From Promethearchaeota archaeon (GTDB lineage Archaea > Asgardarchaeota > Lokiarchaeia > Sigyniarchaeales > SOKP01), in contig JAFGGO010000085.1 of the NCBI GenBank assembly GCA_016930515.1, positions 244 to 64,243 on the forward strand: 64,000 nucleotides of DNA. Direction: 5' to 3'. Below the pieces are notes generated by a model. That model was not told the origin of the DNA, ran no database searches, and worked only from the letters and a program-made list of their open reading frames with translations. This document shows positions 23,366 through 34,326 of the stretch, piece after piece; the stretch's first letter is position 1; each line of letters begins with the position of its first letter. A program made the position numbers and the translations under genes.

Positions 23366-23800
23366 TCATGTGCCACTATATAAATCGTTATAAGCGCTCC
23401 CGTTTCCTAAAGCAACAAGGTTAAAGTAGTGCATCGCATCCTCTATTAATTTCTTTAACGCTTTAAGTTTATCCTTTGCAGGAGCATCAACAGTATACGA
23501 TCCGTAATCTGGAACTTTAATTCCTCCGCAATTGTAAACCCTTGCTTCGCTTTCCACCTTTCCAATACCATATTCTTCCCAGTTTTGAGTGTATCCCCTA
23601 AATGTGAGTTCGATTTTCTTCATGGCGTGAATTTCTTCGCACCTTGACACGAATAATGCCTTAACAGCTAAATCAGAAACGCATTTTTTGACGAATTTCA
23701 ACACGCTAAGATATAAGATTTCGTAGAGATCGTAATCAACATTATCAATCAAGTCGTTGCATTCCTCTAAATACTTTCTGGCTTCTTGTAGCTCTCTCAT
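23366..23800 (-). CDS. Hypothetical protein
   Basis: 144-aa ORF with ATG start and plausible composition. Confidence 0.6.
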   Translation of the reverse strand: MRELQEARKYLEECNDLIDNVDYDLYEILYLSVLKFVKKCVSDLAVKALFVSRCEEIHAMKKIELTFRGYTQNWEEYGIGKVESEARVYNCGGIKVPDYGSYTVDAPAKDKLKALKKLIEDAMHYFNLVALGNGSAYNDLYSGT

Positions 23801-24162
23801 CTCATTCCATTAAGTGAATATCGCATTTACCCTCGGTTATTATGATCATAATTTGTGTTTTGCATATATTAGTGTTTCGTAAAAGGAGTAAAAAAAAGAA
23901 TTTTATTAAGAGAATCTTTCAAGTTGATGCTAATCGTTAAGATCGATGCAAGGATTGTTTTTGTCTCGAAACTTATCTAAACAACTTTATTTCTCGATTT
24001 AGAGCTTTATTTCATACCAAGATTAAAAGAAATATCGTTCCGAGAGCAAAAAATAATTCCAAAAATTATTGATTAATAATATTTTAATGATTTATCTTGA
24101 ATGAAAAACATTTTTTTTGTTCAATTCTTTTCGATATAGAAACAGGATGTGATAATTTTAAC

Positions 24163-24900
24163 TTGACCATTCCAAGCTATATTGAAAAGGCTAATGTCAT
24201 GGATGTTAATATCTATCACATTTGGGAAGATTATATTGATTTAGAGGATCTCATTGGACCTGTAGAAAAAGAACTGATCGAACGAATTCAAAAACTCTCG
24301 AGAAGAGCGGCTTATTCCTTGCTTCTTGCATCCTCAGAATGGATCTTTCATCGCTTCGATCTTATTATCGACGACGCCCTGCCGCTCCACGCGATCGAGG
24401 TGAATTGGGCACAAGTCGTTGACAAGCACTACGCCATTCGATGGTATGCGTTTGAAAGAAAAGAAATGTTAGGTCCAGTGCGAGGTCCCTTATGGGATGC
24501 AATAATCATTGTAATGGATGAGGGAGATATACTTTGGTACGATCAAGACCAATCCTTTTATGTGGGTAGAATGCTCAAACTCGCAGAGCACGTGATTCCA
24601 AACAAGAAGATATTTATCGAATGGAGGAATGCTGTTATGAATCGCCTTTTGGTGTCATTTCCTCTCTCAAAGGAAGATCCGTTTGGTCCTCCCGTACCTC
24701 GTGAAGCTTTTGATCCGGAGCGAGCGTTCGATCTAAGTGAGATCGAATCCTTGATAAACAATTACCTGGAACAACTCGATCCTGAAGATAACGATTTTCT
24801 CAACACGCCTGATGAGATGATCCAAGCTGGATTTGAAGGAACGCCGTGTATTTTTAATTTAAAGCAAGATTTCGAATGGAGAACAAAATTAAATCTTTAA
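24163..24900 (+). CDS. Acidic alpha-helical hypothetical protein (start TTG 24163, 24097 or ATG 24199)
   Basis: Long open frame with W/P-rich conserved-looking motifs (GPVRGPL, GPPVPRE). Confidence 0.7.
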   Translation: MTIPSYIEKANVMDVNIYHIWEDYIDLEDLIGPVEKELIERIQKLSRRAAYSLLLASSEWIFHRFDLIIDDALPLHAIEVNWAQVVDKHYAIRWYAFERKEMLGPVRGPLWDAIIIVMDEGDILWYDQDQSFYVGRMLKLAEHVIPNKKIFIEWRNAVMNRLLVSFPLSKEDPFGPPVPREAFDPERAFDLSEIESLINNYLEQLDPEDNDFLNTPDEMIQAGFEGTPCIFNLKQDFEWRTKLNL

Positions 24901-25157
24901 GGTGCCTGTTACCATTGAAAATCGACTTACACGGATTGGAATTGATTGGAGCAAAAGAAGAACTTGCTCTTCAGCTTGAAGAATGCCAAGTTATGGGCGT
25001 GAAAGAAGTTATAATAATTCACGGATATCAACACGGTCAGATATTAAAAAATTACATTCGCTCGGAAAGATTTTTAGAAGAAATGCGAAAAGAAGGGTTG
25101 AAATTAAAAAGAAAAAGATTCGTAAATCTTGGAGAAACTGCTTTTTATTTGCTCTAA
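24876..25157 (+). CDS. Stand-alone Smr/MutS2 domain protein
   Basis: IDLHGL, IIHGYQHGQILK, NLGET motifs. Confidence 0.88.
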   Translation: MENKIKSLRCLLPLKIDLHGLELIGAKEELALQLEECQVMGVKEVIIIHGYQHGQILKNYIRSERFLEEMRKEGLKLKRKRFVNLGETAFYLL

Positions 25158-25162
25158 AGGTG

Positions 25163-26053
25163 CTAATTTTTTTTATGTTGGTTCACTGGAGTATTGTCTT
25201 CTCTCTCGTTTTTATTATTTTGAGTAAAAATGGGAATTATGTTGTCAATTTTTAGCGTGGAGAAAATTGCTTGATTGTTAGCGTGGCTTGAATCGATGAC
25301 TCGTTTGTGCTCTTGGTAAAATTGGTAAGTAGCATCTCGAAGTTTCTTGCGTAACTCGATGGAATTGTAATCGCATATGAGTATACCCGTGATACCTTTA
25401 TAGGTCTCGAGTAAAATGGAGCGCTTGTCTTTTTGGATGTTACGCATTTTACCGGATCTTTTTATGACCTCGTTAGTCATCATTGAGATGGTGGTTAAAG
25501 CTCCTCCGTAGATGTCAATTAAGTCGCGATCGATCTTGTCATTTAAATTCTCGCGAAACACGTGACGTGAAATGATGGTGCTGTTGTAATTGTCCATGAA
25601 CAATATTATCTGAGGTTTTGCTTTTCTGAAATACGTGTTGTTCCACATCATTACGTCCCTAGTGGATATGACTCCTGCGGGTTTTCCCTTGCTTTCGATG
25701 AGTACTCGCTTGTACTTTCGTTCTGTCATAAACCTGATAACATTGTCAACTGTTTCCTCCTCATTTATCGTTTCAACAGGACCTCTCATCACATCGGTAA
25801 CCGAAACATCAGCAAGATTGCCTTGATTCAATCCTTTTTTGTAAAGAAACCGTACGATATCGGCTTGTGATACTATATAATATTGTCCCTTGTTTCTTTC
25901 CGCTATAAAAACCGCTGAAATATCGTTTTCATAGATTAAAGCTACTACGTCTTTGAGTAGCGCATTGGTATCAACCATTATCACGTGAGGGGTCATAATT
26001 TCCCGTGCAATTGCCGAATCGCTATTATTTTCTCTAATAAAAAATCCACTCAA
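25163..26053 (-). CDS. CBS-pair protein fused to a longin/roadblock-like C-terminal domain
   Basis: AREIMT, VTDVM, GVISTRDV; C-terminal DLIDIYGGALTTISMMTNEV..SILLE..GILICD..LRKKL pattern. Confidence 0.85.
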   Translation of the reverse strand: MSGFFIRENNSDSAIAREIMTPHVIMVDTNALLKDVVALIYENDISAVFIAERNKGQYYIVSQADIVRFLYKKGLNQGNLADVSVTDVMRGPVETINEEETVDNVIRFMTERKYKRVLIESKGKPAGVISTRDVMMWNNTYFRKAKPQIILFMDNYNSTIISRHVFRENLNDKIDRDLIDIYGGALTTISMMTNEVIKRSGKMRNIQKDKRSILLETYKGITGILICDYNSIELRKKLRDATYQFYQEHKRVIDSSHANNQAIFSTLKIDNIIPIFTQNNKNEREDNTPVNQHKKN

Positions 26054-26295
26054 ATTGAGTTCATTTTTTTAATATTTCAATTAATAAAATCGTCCTTAAT
26101 TAAAAAGATGCTCGTAAATTTCTGATGATCTTATCGAGCAGACTTGAAGTGAAAAATAACGCAAAATAACGATAAGTCTTGATATCTATTAGTATTTGAA
26201 TGGTTTTAAATCACTTTAAATTATGGCTAATCATAAAACCTGCATCCACATGTAATGCTTTACATTTAATTGGCGAAATATTTTTTAAATCAAGG

Positions 26296-27609
26296 ATGCT
26301 ACAACTATATAACATGAACCCGATTGCGATAATTGTTATTTTGGTCTTATTTTCAATCGTGATGGTGTTTTTTTCGCAAAAAAAAGTAGATTATTTCCCC
26401 ATTGCGCTCGTCGTAGGTGCTGTGATAATTATATATCTATCCATGCTTGACGTTAGCGAGCAAGATATCCTTGGTTTTATTAGTTTTAAGACCTTAATCT
26501 TCATTTTTGCGATGCAAATAGTTGTTTATTACGCAACGAAAGATCATGTTTTAGATTACATTACTATCAAGTTGATTCACGTAACGAAAGGAAATAATCG
26601 GCTCATGTTTTATGTGATCTGTCTTTTTACGGCTTTTATTGTTGCTTTTATCGAAGACTTGACTTTATCTTTGATAATGATACCCTTGATCTATCGGGCT
26701 TGTCGCATATTAGACATTCCCGCTGGTACTTACATGATGGGTATGACAATCACGATTAACATCGGTGCTATCCTGACACCAGTGTCGAGCCTGAAAAACT
26801 TGATAATCGGCGAGGAGTTCGGATGGGGTTTTGGCGAATATTTTGCAAATATGGGCTTATTGTTCCTGATAACTCTCGTTGCCACGCTCGTGCTCTTGGA
26901 TGTTTTCGTGTTGAAAAAAGAAGAAAAACCAACCAATTACAACAAACAGTTATTACTTTCAATGATTGACCCAAAAATGGTAATCCAAGACAAAAAATAT
27001 TTCTCAACAACCATAGTTGTCTTGATTTTAACTTTCGGGCTTTTATTAGTTGGAATCGAGCCCGCTCTCGTGGCTGTTCTCGCTGCGGGCATTCTCCTAC
27101 TTGTTCACTATAAAGACGGTGATTATTCCGATCTTAACGAGAATATCAGCTGGAAAATCATCATCGTGTTTGCTATCCTTTTTATTCTTTCAAACTCTTT
27201 GAGCTATTTTGGGTTTTCGGGACTGATTTCTTCTGGGCTCGTAGAGCTGTCCAACAACAATATATACTTGGCCGTACTCATCACGCTCTGTGTTTCCACG
27301 CTATTGTCCGCATTTTTAGCTGGAACCCCCGTAACAATCATTTTACTCCCAATTGTATCGTCCATCGTGGTTACTGGTGGTTTTTTTCCCAATCCCATTA
27401 TTATAGCTTTCGTGAGTGGAGTGAACATGGCAGGAAACTTCCTCCCGCAGGGTTCTGCCTGCGATCTACTCACGCTCACGCTCGCAAAAAAATATGGTGT
27501 GAAGAACTTGGACTATCGGAGATTATTAAAGACGGGATCCTTATTCGCAACGCTTCATTTCTTAATAATTTTAATATATACAATGCTTTACACGCTTATT
27601 TTATTATGA
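26296..27609 (+). CDS. SLC13/ArsB/NhaD-family ion permease (start ATG 26296 or 26314)
   Basis: About 12 TM; NIGAILTPVSSLKNLII and NMAGNFLPQGSACDL repeats. Confidence 0.85.
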   Translation: MLQLYNMNPIAIIVILVLFSIVMVFFSQKKVDYFPIALVVGAVIIIYLSMLDVSEQDILGFISFKTLIFIFAMQIVVYYATKDHVLDYITIKLIHVTKGNNRLMFYVICLFTAFIVAFIEDLTLSLIMIPLIYRACRILDIPAGTYMMGMTITINIGAILTPVSSLKNLIIGEEFGWGFGEYFANMGLLFLITLVATLVLLDVFVLKKEEKPTNYNKQLLLSMIDPKMVIQDKKYFSTTIVVLILTFGLLLVGIEPALVAVLAAGILLLVHYKDGDYSDLNENISWKIIIVFAILFILSNSLSYFGFSGLISSGLVELSNNNIYLAVLITLCVSTLLSAFLAGTPVTIILLPIVSSIVVTGGFFPNPIIIAFVSGVNMAGNFLPQGSACDLLTLTLAKKYGVKNLDYRRLLKTGSLFATLHFLIILIYTMLYTLILL

Positions 27610-27641
27610 TAAATGCATCACCCTTATCGAAGTGATTAACA

Positions 27642-28130
27642 TTATTCTTCGGGATTAAAAAACATCCTCCTTCCAGAATGAGCGTATTTGAAATGATCCA
27701 TGTATTTATTAATTTCGGGATGAATCTCCTTCAAATCGTCGTTCTTCAACATGTTATTAAAAATATTTTTTATCGTAATGTAAAGTTTGGGAACGAAAGT
27801 GTCTATTTGGGAAAGTTGGTAGGCAAGCTCTCTAACAGAAGAGTAATCCATGTTCAGGTTTATTTTTTTAATTTTAATTTTTTCTATGATTTTCCTTTCT
27901 AATTTCCTTCTTGAAATATTACTCCACACCAATTCATAAATGAAATAATTAACGCTCTGAACTGCTTCTGTTAATAATGCTATACCCGTAGCTAATGCGA
28001 TGCTTCCAGTAAGTGCGTATGTAGTTATTGTTCCAAGTCCAATTGTTATAGATCTATAGATCACGCTCTTGACTAAACTCTGTTTCCATTCGATTGGTTT
28101 CTCTTGCTTTTTCTTATTTATATGACTCAT
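27642..28130 (-). CDS. DUF2061-type small membrane domain protein with a C-terminal extension
   Basis: SLVKSVIYRSI..TGSIALATGI..YFIYELVWSNI. Confidence 0.75.
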   Translation of the reverse strand: MSHINKKKQEKPIEWKQSLVKSVIYRSITIGLGTITTYALTGSIALATGIALLTEAVQSVNYFIYELVWSNISRRKLERKIIEKIKIKKINLNMDYSSVRELAYQLSQIDTFVPKLYITIKNIFNNMLKNDDLKEIHPEINKYMDHFKYAHSGRRMFFNPEE

Positions 28131-28259
28131 TAAAACTTCATTTTCCGTGTTTCAAAGGGATAGTAAACTCAATTTTATTTGATTAGATAATTTATAATTT
28201 TTTAGTTTTTATCTTGATATTTAATCCTTTTTTAAAAATTAATTAATTCATAATTCGTT

Positions 28260-28917
28260 TATTGCTCCTGACCATTAGATTTTTTTTCATTACTAAAATC
28301 TGCTATGAAAGAAAGTTCTCACTCACTATAGTCGTTAATAAACCATCCATCTCCCTCTGAACTCTTGCTATCAAAATAATTCTGCCACTTAATTAACTAT
28401 TACCGCCCAGTTTTCGCTTTTTCCAACCGCCCATGCCCTCAAATTCTTCTCCCTTGCTCAAGATTGGGATAACGCTTCTCTCTGAGTCTTTCCAAGAGAG
28501 TGGGACTCTTGTAGGGTTTACCATATTCCGCGTGAATAACATTCATCAATTCCTTTAGTTACCCCCTTTTAATCGATTGGATTGAGGATGGAAAGACGAT
28601 AAATGTCAATATCACCTACAACCAGCTCGTATTTTGACAGGCATATCAATATGTTTTGCCCTTGGCAGTTTATGAGGTTTAAACATAGGTTCACTTTATT
28701 TTACCATAAGTATTCTACTTTGCTCCTAATCGAACTGTAGACTTCTCATACGGTTCATTGTTTCCGAAGCTTGGAACGATTCATTACTGATAACTTTCCT
28801 TCGTGTAAGTACATTCGTCCATCTTGAAGCTGATTTTTGAATCGATAGTTTTTCATATCAAACCATTTGGTTATAATTCAAGTCTCGTATTTATTCACAT
28901 AGCTTTATATATCACAC
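28260..28917 (-). mobile_element. 5' half (domains I to about III/IV) of a group II intron, IIB/chloroplast-like type; RT ORF and domains V-VI absent
   Basis: GTGTG 5' end at 28917, then TCGTTCCAAGC..CGGAAACAATGAACCGTATGAG, GAGCAAAGTAG, GTGAACCT, GGTAAACCC, GGTTGGAAAAAGCGAA..GTAAT; these match remembered IIB domain I motifs; no long ORF. Confidence 0.7.
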
Positions 28918-29077
28918 GACACCGGCAGTCTTATTTGTATTTGAGATCTCATCCAATTTGCAGAGGAACAAAATTATTTGCTAACACAAATGCCTTATAT
29001 TAACTAATTATAACTAAGGAAAGATAATATAAAAAGGTTAAAATTGAAATGAAAAAAAGATTTATTAATTTTTAAAT

Positions 29078-29255
29078 CTAATCTGGCTCGTTATGTTCAT
29101 TGTCTTCCGGTTCGTCGTCAAGAACATCAGAAAATTCCTCTAGCTCTTGTTTATCGTGGAAATAATACCTACCCTTATTAAATAGTAGTTTTTCGTTTTC
29201 AACTTCTTCTATATGTTTTCGAAGTGTTCTTATTGCGTTCAGATTCGTTTTTCAT
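29078..29255 (-). CDS. Small acidic protein of about 57 aa (non-canonical ACG start or frameshifted ATG)
   Basis: TNLNAIRTLRKHIEEVENEKLLFNKGRLLFHDKQELEEFSDVLDDEPEDNEHNEPD* after SD AAGGTGA. Confidence 0.5.
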
Positions 29256-29603
29256 CACCTTCTTGATATTCACCATATATAGTTTAAACGAAGTATTTAA
29301 TAGTTCTTCAAATAATTTAGAATCGCTTAATCGTTAAGCATGAAAATTTCTAAGTCTAACGAGCGTTATACTTTAAAAAATAAAGAAGTGAAATCATGAC
29401 TAAAAATAAGATTTTCGACAGTCTAAAGCTCCCAAAGCACGACTAATCGTTTTTCATGATTTTTCTATTGATCTCCTTCTTTATCATCATTACCTTGGAC
29501 CCGAAATTTCTCTCTTAAGATCTATAATAGTGGAATACTTAAGTAAGATATACCTAAACTCTAACAATGATATAAAAATTACCTTTTATTACATTTGAAA
29601 AAA

Positions 29604-31127
29604 ATGCTTGAAAAACCAATACAATCTGTAGAAGATTATAAGCAAAGCTTGCGGAACAGAAAGCTTAAAGTGTATTTTTTCGGAGAATTAGTTAAGAATA
29701 TCGTCGATCACCCCGTAATTGCTCCTTCTATAAACGCCGTTTCTAAGACTTACGAGTTGGCTTTCGAAGACGAGGAGCTCGCAACAGCATATTCGTCTAT
29801 TTCGGATAAAAAAATTAATCGTTTTTTGCATGTGGCCGAAAAACCAGAAGATTTGGTATTTCAGAATAAGATGCAAAGACGCCTAGGACAGCTCACGGGT
29901 ACTTGTTTCCAGAGATGCGTTGGCATGGATGCCATCAACTCCCTTCATTCCATCACCTACGAAATTGATGAGAAATACGGTACTAATTATCACAAAAATT
30001 TTCTTTCGTTTCTAAAAATGGCACAAGAATTAAACATCGTCATTGGAGGTGCGATGACAGACCCAAAGGGCGATAGAAGTAAGAAACCATTTGAACAGGA
30101 AGATCCCGATCTGCATGTTCATGTCGTCGATAGAGACGAGAAGGGAGTATTCATTTCTGGAGCAAAAGCACATCAAACTGGTTGCCTTAACTCACATTGG
30201 CTTCTCGTAATGCCCAATGGAAGTTTAACGGAGCAAGATAAGGATTTTGCCTTTTCAGGCGCCGTTCCCGTTGACGATCCAAATATTACTTACATATATG
30301 GTCGCCAATCAAATGATTTGCGCCACTTAGACGGTTCGGAAATCGATACGGGGAATTTTTCATATTCTGGTCAGGAAGCCTTAATAGTCTTCGATCGCGT
30401 GTTCGTACCCTGTGAGCGTGTGTTTTTAGACGGTCAATACGAGTTTGCAGGAACGCTCGTAGAACGATTTACCAATTATCACCGAAGAAGTTACGTTTGT
30501 AAAAGCGGTCTTGGGGACGTGCTTATTGGTGCGACAGCAACCGCAGCAGATTATAATGGTGTGCCGAACGCTTCCCATATTAAGGATAAACTCGTTGAAA
30601 TGACCCATCTTAACGAAACGATATATGGCACGGGGATCTCTTCTTCGAATCAAGCGTATCGATTGAAATCGGGAGCTTGGATGTGTGATGATGTGCTAGC
30701 AAATGTGTGCAAGCAACATGTGACAAGATTTCCATATGAGATGGGTCGATTAGCCCAAGATATTGCCGGAGGTCTAATGGTCACCCTCCCCTCCGAAAAG
30801 GATTTTAATCACGATGTAGCTGGGCCCCTACTAGAAAAATACTTTAAAGGCAGGAAAGGCGTGCCTGTGAAACATAGGGCAAGAATCTTCCGCTTGATCG
30901 AGAACATGACTCTTGGAAGGAACGCCGTTGCGTATCTTACAGAATCAATGCATGGTGCTGGATCACCTCAAGCTCAGCGGATAGTTCTTTTCAGGAAGAT
31001 GGATATTGCTTACAAGAAACTCTTGTCGCAAAATCTAGCAGGCATTCCAATAGATCGAAAAGAGTTGGTTAAATTTCCGGAATATTACAAGAGGGTCTTT
31101 AATAAGTCCATGAGAGATGAAAAATAA
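29604..31127 (+). CDS. abfD: 4-hydroxybutyryl-CoA dehydratase/vinylacetyl-CoA isomerase
   Basis: GTCFQRCVGMD and HRRSYVCK Fe-S ligands, GAMTDPKGDRS, ESMHGAGSPQAQ. Confidence 0.9.
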   Translation: MLEKPIQSVEDYKQSLRNRKLKVYFFGELVKNIVDHPVIAPSINAVSKTYELAFEDEELATAYSSISDKKINRFLHVAEKPEDLVFQNKMQRRLGQLTGTCFQRCVGMDAINSLHSITYEIDEKYGTNYHKNFLSFLKMAQELNIVIGGAMTDPKGDRSKKPFEQEDPDLHVHVVDRDEKGVFISGAKAHQTGCLNSHWLLVMPNGSLTEQDKDFAFSGAVPVDDPNITYIYGRQSNDLRHLDGSEIDTGNFSYSGQEALIVFDRVFVPCERVFLDGQYEFAGTLVERFTNYHRRSYVCKSGLGDVLIGATATAADYNGVPNASHIKDKLVEMTHLNETIYGTGISSSNQAYRLKSGAWMCDDVLANVCKQHVTRFPYEMGRLAQDIAGGLMVTLPSEKDFNHDVAGPLLEKYFKGRKGVPVKHRARIFRLIENMTLGRNAVAYLTESMHGAGSPQAQRIVLFRKMDIAYKKLLSQNLAGIPIDRKELVKFPEYYKRVFNKSMRDEK

Positions 31128-31282
31128 TCAAGTTATGGGTTTGCACCAAATTTTAGCGTTCAGAATTAGACGAGAGAAATTTTTACTTGGAGAAAACCAC
31201 AAGATTAAAAAATCACGCGCTTCTTTAGAAGTAAACCAAATATATCAAATTAATTTTTAAACTTGAGCGTTGGTGATGGAAA

Positions 31283-32794
31283 ACGACTCAAATAACCGTG
31301 TATGATGGATTAGACAGTGTTGGGGGAAACAAGATTTACCTGGAAGAAAAGGGTAAAGGAGTATTTCTTGATTTTGGGCTCAATTTCAAGGCTTATAATC
31401 AGTTTTATAAGAATTTCCTAAGCGAACGGGCAATAAGAGGTGTACACGATCTTTACATGCTCGACCTGATTCCTAAAATCGATAATTACAGGTCTGACTT
31501 GATTCCTAGGGATCTTAACCTTAGCAGGCACCCAAAATTAAATGTAAAAGCCGTTTTCATTTCGCACGCTCATAAGGATCATTACGGAAATCTGGGATTG
31601 CTCGATGTAAATATTCCTGTCATTGGGTCCTCCGAGACCTTGGCACTTTTGAAGGGTCTTTCGGATGCCTCCACGCCTCAGTTAGGCTCTGATGTCGTGT
31701 ATTATGCTGAACGGAGCGCAATACGAGAAAACGCATCACTCATAAGTGCTCGTAAGAACTTCAAGCAACGTTCGCTTGTATGTACCAAAAGATCCTCTCA
31801 ACTCTATGAGTTCCTCTCATTGAAAAGCAAGCATTCAAAAAACATCGAAGAGGGCCGAATAATTTCTCTCGACTCTTTTTCGCTTCCCTTTGAGGTACGC
31901 GCTTACGAAGTGGATCATTCAATATACGGATCAACGGCATTCCTCCTCGAAGGAGATACCACCGTTGCTTATACGGGAGATTTCAGGGTTCATGGAAAAC
32001 ATGCTAAAAAAAGCGAAGACTTTTTTTCAGAAGCTCGAAGAGCAAGCGTGCTTGTAATAGAAGGGACGAGGGCAAATAGCTCAGAACGGACTGACACGGA
32101 AGAAGACATCTTTCACAATTGTCTTGACAAATGCGAACAATCAAAAGGTTTGGTCGTCGCAAATTTTTCCTCAAATAACCTTGAAAGATTAGAGATTTTC
32201 CGTGAAGTGGCAAATTCTGTTGACCGTCAACTCGTAGTTTCACCAAAGGAAGCATATTTACTGAAGGCTCTTGAGCAAGCGGACGATATTGATCGAGCAA
32301 GAGGTGTTGCCGTTTACGATGCCATACGTTCAAAAACACCGTATTGGGAGGCTAATTACCTTGATGACCTTGAAAAAGTTGATAAAAATCAAATCCACGC
32401 AAATCCTGAATCATATATCGCTTGCTTTTCCTATTGGGCTCTCAACAACCTCCTTGATATTAATGTACGCCACGGTACTTATATCTATTCCTCGGTACGA
32501 GCTTACGAAGAAGAATCGGAATACGATTTCTTGCGCCTGTATAAGTGGATGAGGGGTGTTTTTGGATTCGAAATCGTGGGATTTGATGTAATCAAGCGTC
32601 AAGGGAGGAATGTCCCTTGCTTTTCAAAGGGATATCACGCTTCAGGACACGCAGGAACGGAAGATTTGCTAAAAGCAATTGAAATCGTGGATCCAGATGT
32701 TTTGATTCCGGTTCATACGGAAAATCGAGTTTGGTTCGAAAAATCGTTTGATAATGTTGCTCCTTGCGAAAAAGGAAAACCATTGATTTTATAA
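31283..32794 (+). CDS. Beta-CASP metallo-beta-lactamase-fold ribonuclease (RNase J-like)
   Basis: QITVYDG..VGGNKI, SHAHKDH, VDHS, YTGDFR, EGT, HASGH, PVHTE; start uncertain (31276-31298). Confidence 0.88.
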   Translation, partial: TTQITVYDGLDSVGGNKIYLEEKGKGVFLDFGLNFKAYNQFYKNFLSERAIRGVHDLYMLDLIPKIDNYRSDLIPRDLNLSRHPKLNVKAVFISHAHKDHYGNLGLLDVNIPVIGSSETLALLKGLSDASTPQLGSDVVYYAERSAIRENASLISARKNFKQRSLVCTKRSSQLYEFLSLKSKHSKNIEEGRIISLDSFSLPFEVRAYEVDHSIYGSTAFLLEGDTTVAYTGDFRVHGKHAKKSEDFFSEARRASVLVIEGTRANSSERTDTEEDIFHNCLDKCEQSKGLVVANFSSNNLERLEIFREVANSVDRQLVVSPKEAYLLKALEQADDIDRARGVAVYDAIRSKTPYWEANYLDDLEKVDKNQIHANPESYIACFSYWALNNLLDINVRHGTYIYSSVRAYEEESEYDFLRLYKWMRGVFGFEIVGFDVIKRQGRNVPCFSKGYHASGHAGTEDLLKAIEIVDPDVLIPVHTENRVWFEKSFDNVAPCEKGKPLIL

Positions 32795-32972
32795 ATAATA
32801 TTTAAAAGAATTGAGAACTCTTATTAGATAATTTTAAATATTTAATAACGAGCTTAGATAGTACTAATTCTATCAAAATTAAAAATATGAAGGTTTAAAT
32901 TTAGGGGTTTTGATTATAACAGTATTAATTAGGATTAAAGCTCGGTAAAAATTAGAAAAGAATGAGGAGATC

Positions 32973-34145
32973 GTGTCGGAATTTATCGTTTTAAGTGCAA
33001 TGTCTTCGGTTCTCGATATGGGTTCTGTCGTGATATTTGCATTTGTTTCTAAAAAACTTCCTATCTTGAGATCTTGGTTTATAGCAAGCATTTTTTATGG
33101 AATAGCTTCTATTTTTAATCAAATTGAAAATTTTTTTCCTCAGATTGGTGATATTTCGACAATAGTATATTTATTTTATTTCCTTGCCGTCGTCGCGATA
33201 TCTTTGGGAGTTTTCTGGGATTATTATAATACTTTTTTAAGACAGAAAAAAGAACATATGCACCAATCTCCTAAATATGTTGCTTCAATGGTGGGTATAA
33301 TTCCAATCGTCTTTTTTTTAGAACTATTCATGCTCGTGCTTCTTTTAATAACAATTTCCTTATTATTCAAGCTTTATCTCAAGCGGAGAACTCCTACTCA
33401 AGCATTTTTATGCCTTTCGCTCGGTGGAGCCTTGTTAGTATTAATTTCAATTATCCTCCAATCGTTCGATGTCGTGAACGCCAATCAATTCGCTATAGGA
33501 ATTAATTTAATGTATTCTCTCTTAATCCTAATCACGGGTATCGTAGCTTTCCTGGAAAAAGGAATGATTGAATCTAATAAAAACTTAAAAAAGACTAAGA
33601 GTACATTGGAGAAGACTGCAAATACGTTAATGGGGGTTTTAGGCGCAGCGTCTAGTGCAAGTCTTCATGCCGTAAACATCGCTTCTGAATTGGCTTCTAC
33701 AACTTCTGGCGTGAACGCTGAAGCAGAAGAAATATCGAGATCAGTCCACAAGGTTTTGAATTTGACCGACAATGTAGTGGGAAATTCAATGCAAATTAAA
33801 AAACTCCTGACAATTCTAAAGACGATTGCGGGTCGAACGAATCTATTAGCCTTAAACGCCAGCATAGAAGCTGGTAAGGCGGGAAAACACGGTATGGGGT
33901 TTGGAATTGTTGCAGATGAGGTAAGCAAGTTAGCAGAAGAATCAGGAAACGCCGTAGAAAGTTCTAGCACGATTGTCGAAGATATTTTGAACAAAATAGA
34001 AGAAACGAACAAAGCGATGAAGGGTATATTCACTTCTACCGAACAACAATCGATTTCTTTAGAAGAAATCTTGAATACGGCCCGTCGTTTGGAAAAATTG
34101 GCAGAAAATTTAAAATTAACCTTAAGCGTGAAGGATTCGATCTAG
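32973..34145 (+). CDS. Methyl-accepting chemotaxis-type protein with a 6-7 TM N-terminal sensor
   Basis: [40 protein letters not shown] signalling hairpin. Confidence 0.9.
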   Translation: MSEFIVLSAMSSVLDMGSVVIFAFVSKKLPILRSWFIASIFYGIASIFNQIENFFPQIGDISTIVYLFYFLAVVAISLGVFWDYYNTFLRQKKEHMHQSPKYVASMVGIIPIVFFLELFMLVLLLITISLLFKLYLKRRTPTQAFLCLSLGGALLVLISIILQSFDVVNANQFAIGINLMYSLLILITGIVAFLEKGMIESNKNLKKTKSTLEKTANTLMGVLGAASSASLHAVNIASELASTTSGVNAEAEEISRSVHKVLNLTDNVVGNSMQIKKLLTILKTIAGRTNLLALNASIEAGKAGKHGMGFGIVADEVSKLAEESGNAVESSSTIVEDILNKIEETNKAMKGIFTSTEQQSISLEEILNTARRLEKLAENLKLTLSVKDSI

Positions 34146-34326
34146 TTAAGTATTATAATTCAAAGACCTTCTATAACTCTTATTTTTTATAAAATAAAAC
34201 AATTAGCGACTATTCTTTATTTTAAATGTTCTATGATGAAAACTTGTATTTTATAAACGCAGGATATTTAATTCAATTTAGGTTCTTTTCACATAAAGAA
34301 GATTATCATTAGAGGAGTCTATTAAA

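Noticed and set aside
28321-28331. ACTCACTATAG, matching part of the T7 promoter
   Set aside because: Only 11 nt match, the upstream TAATACG is absent and there is no vector context; chance match within the intron fragment.
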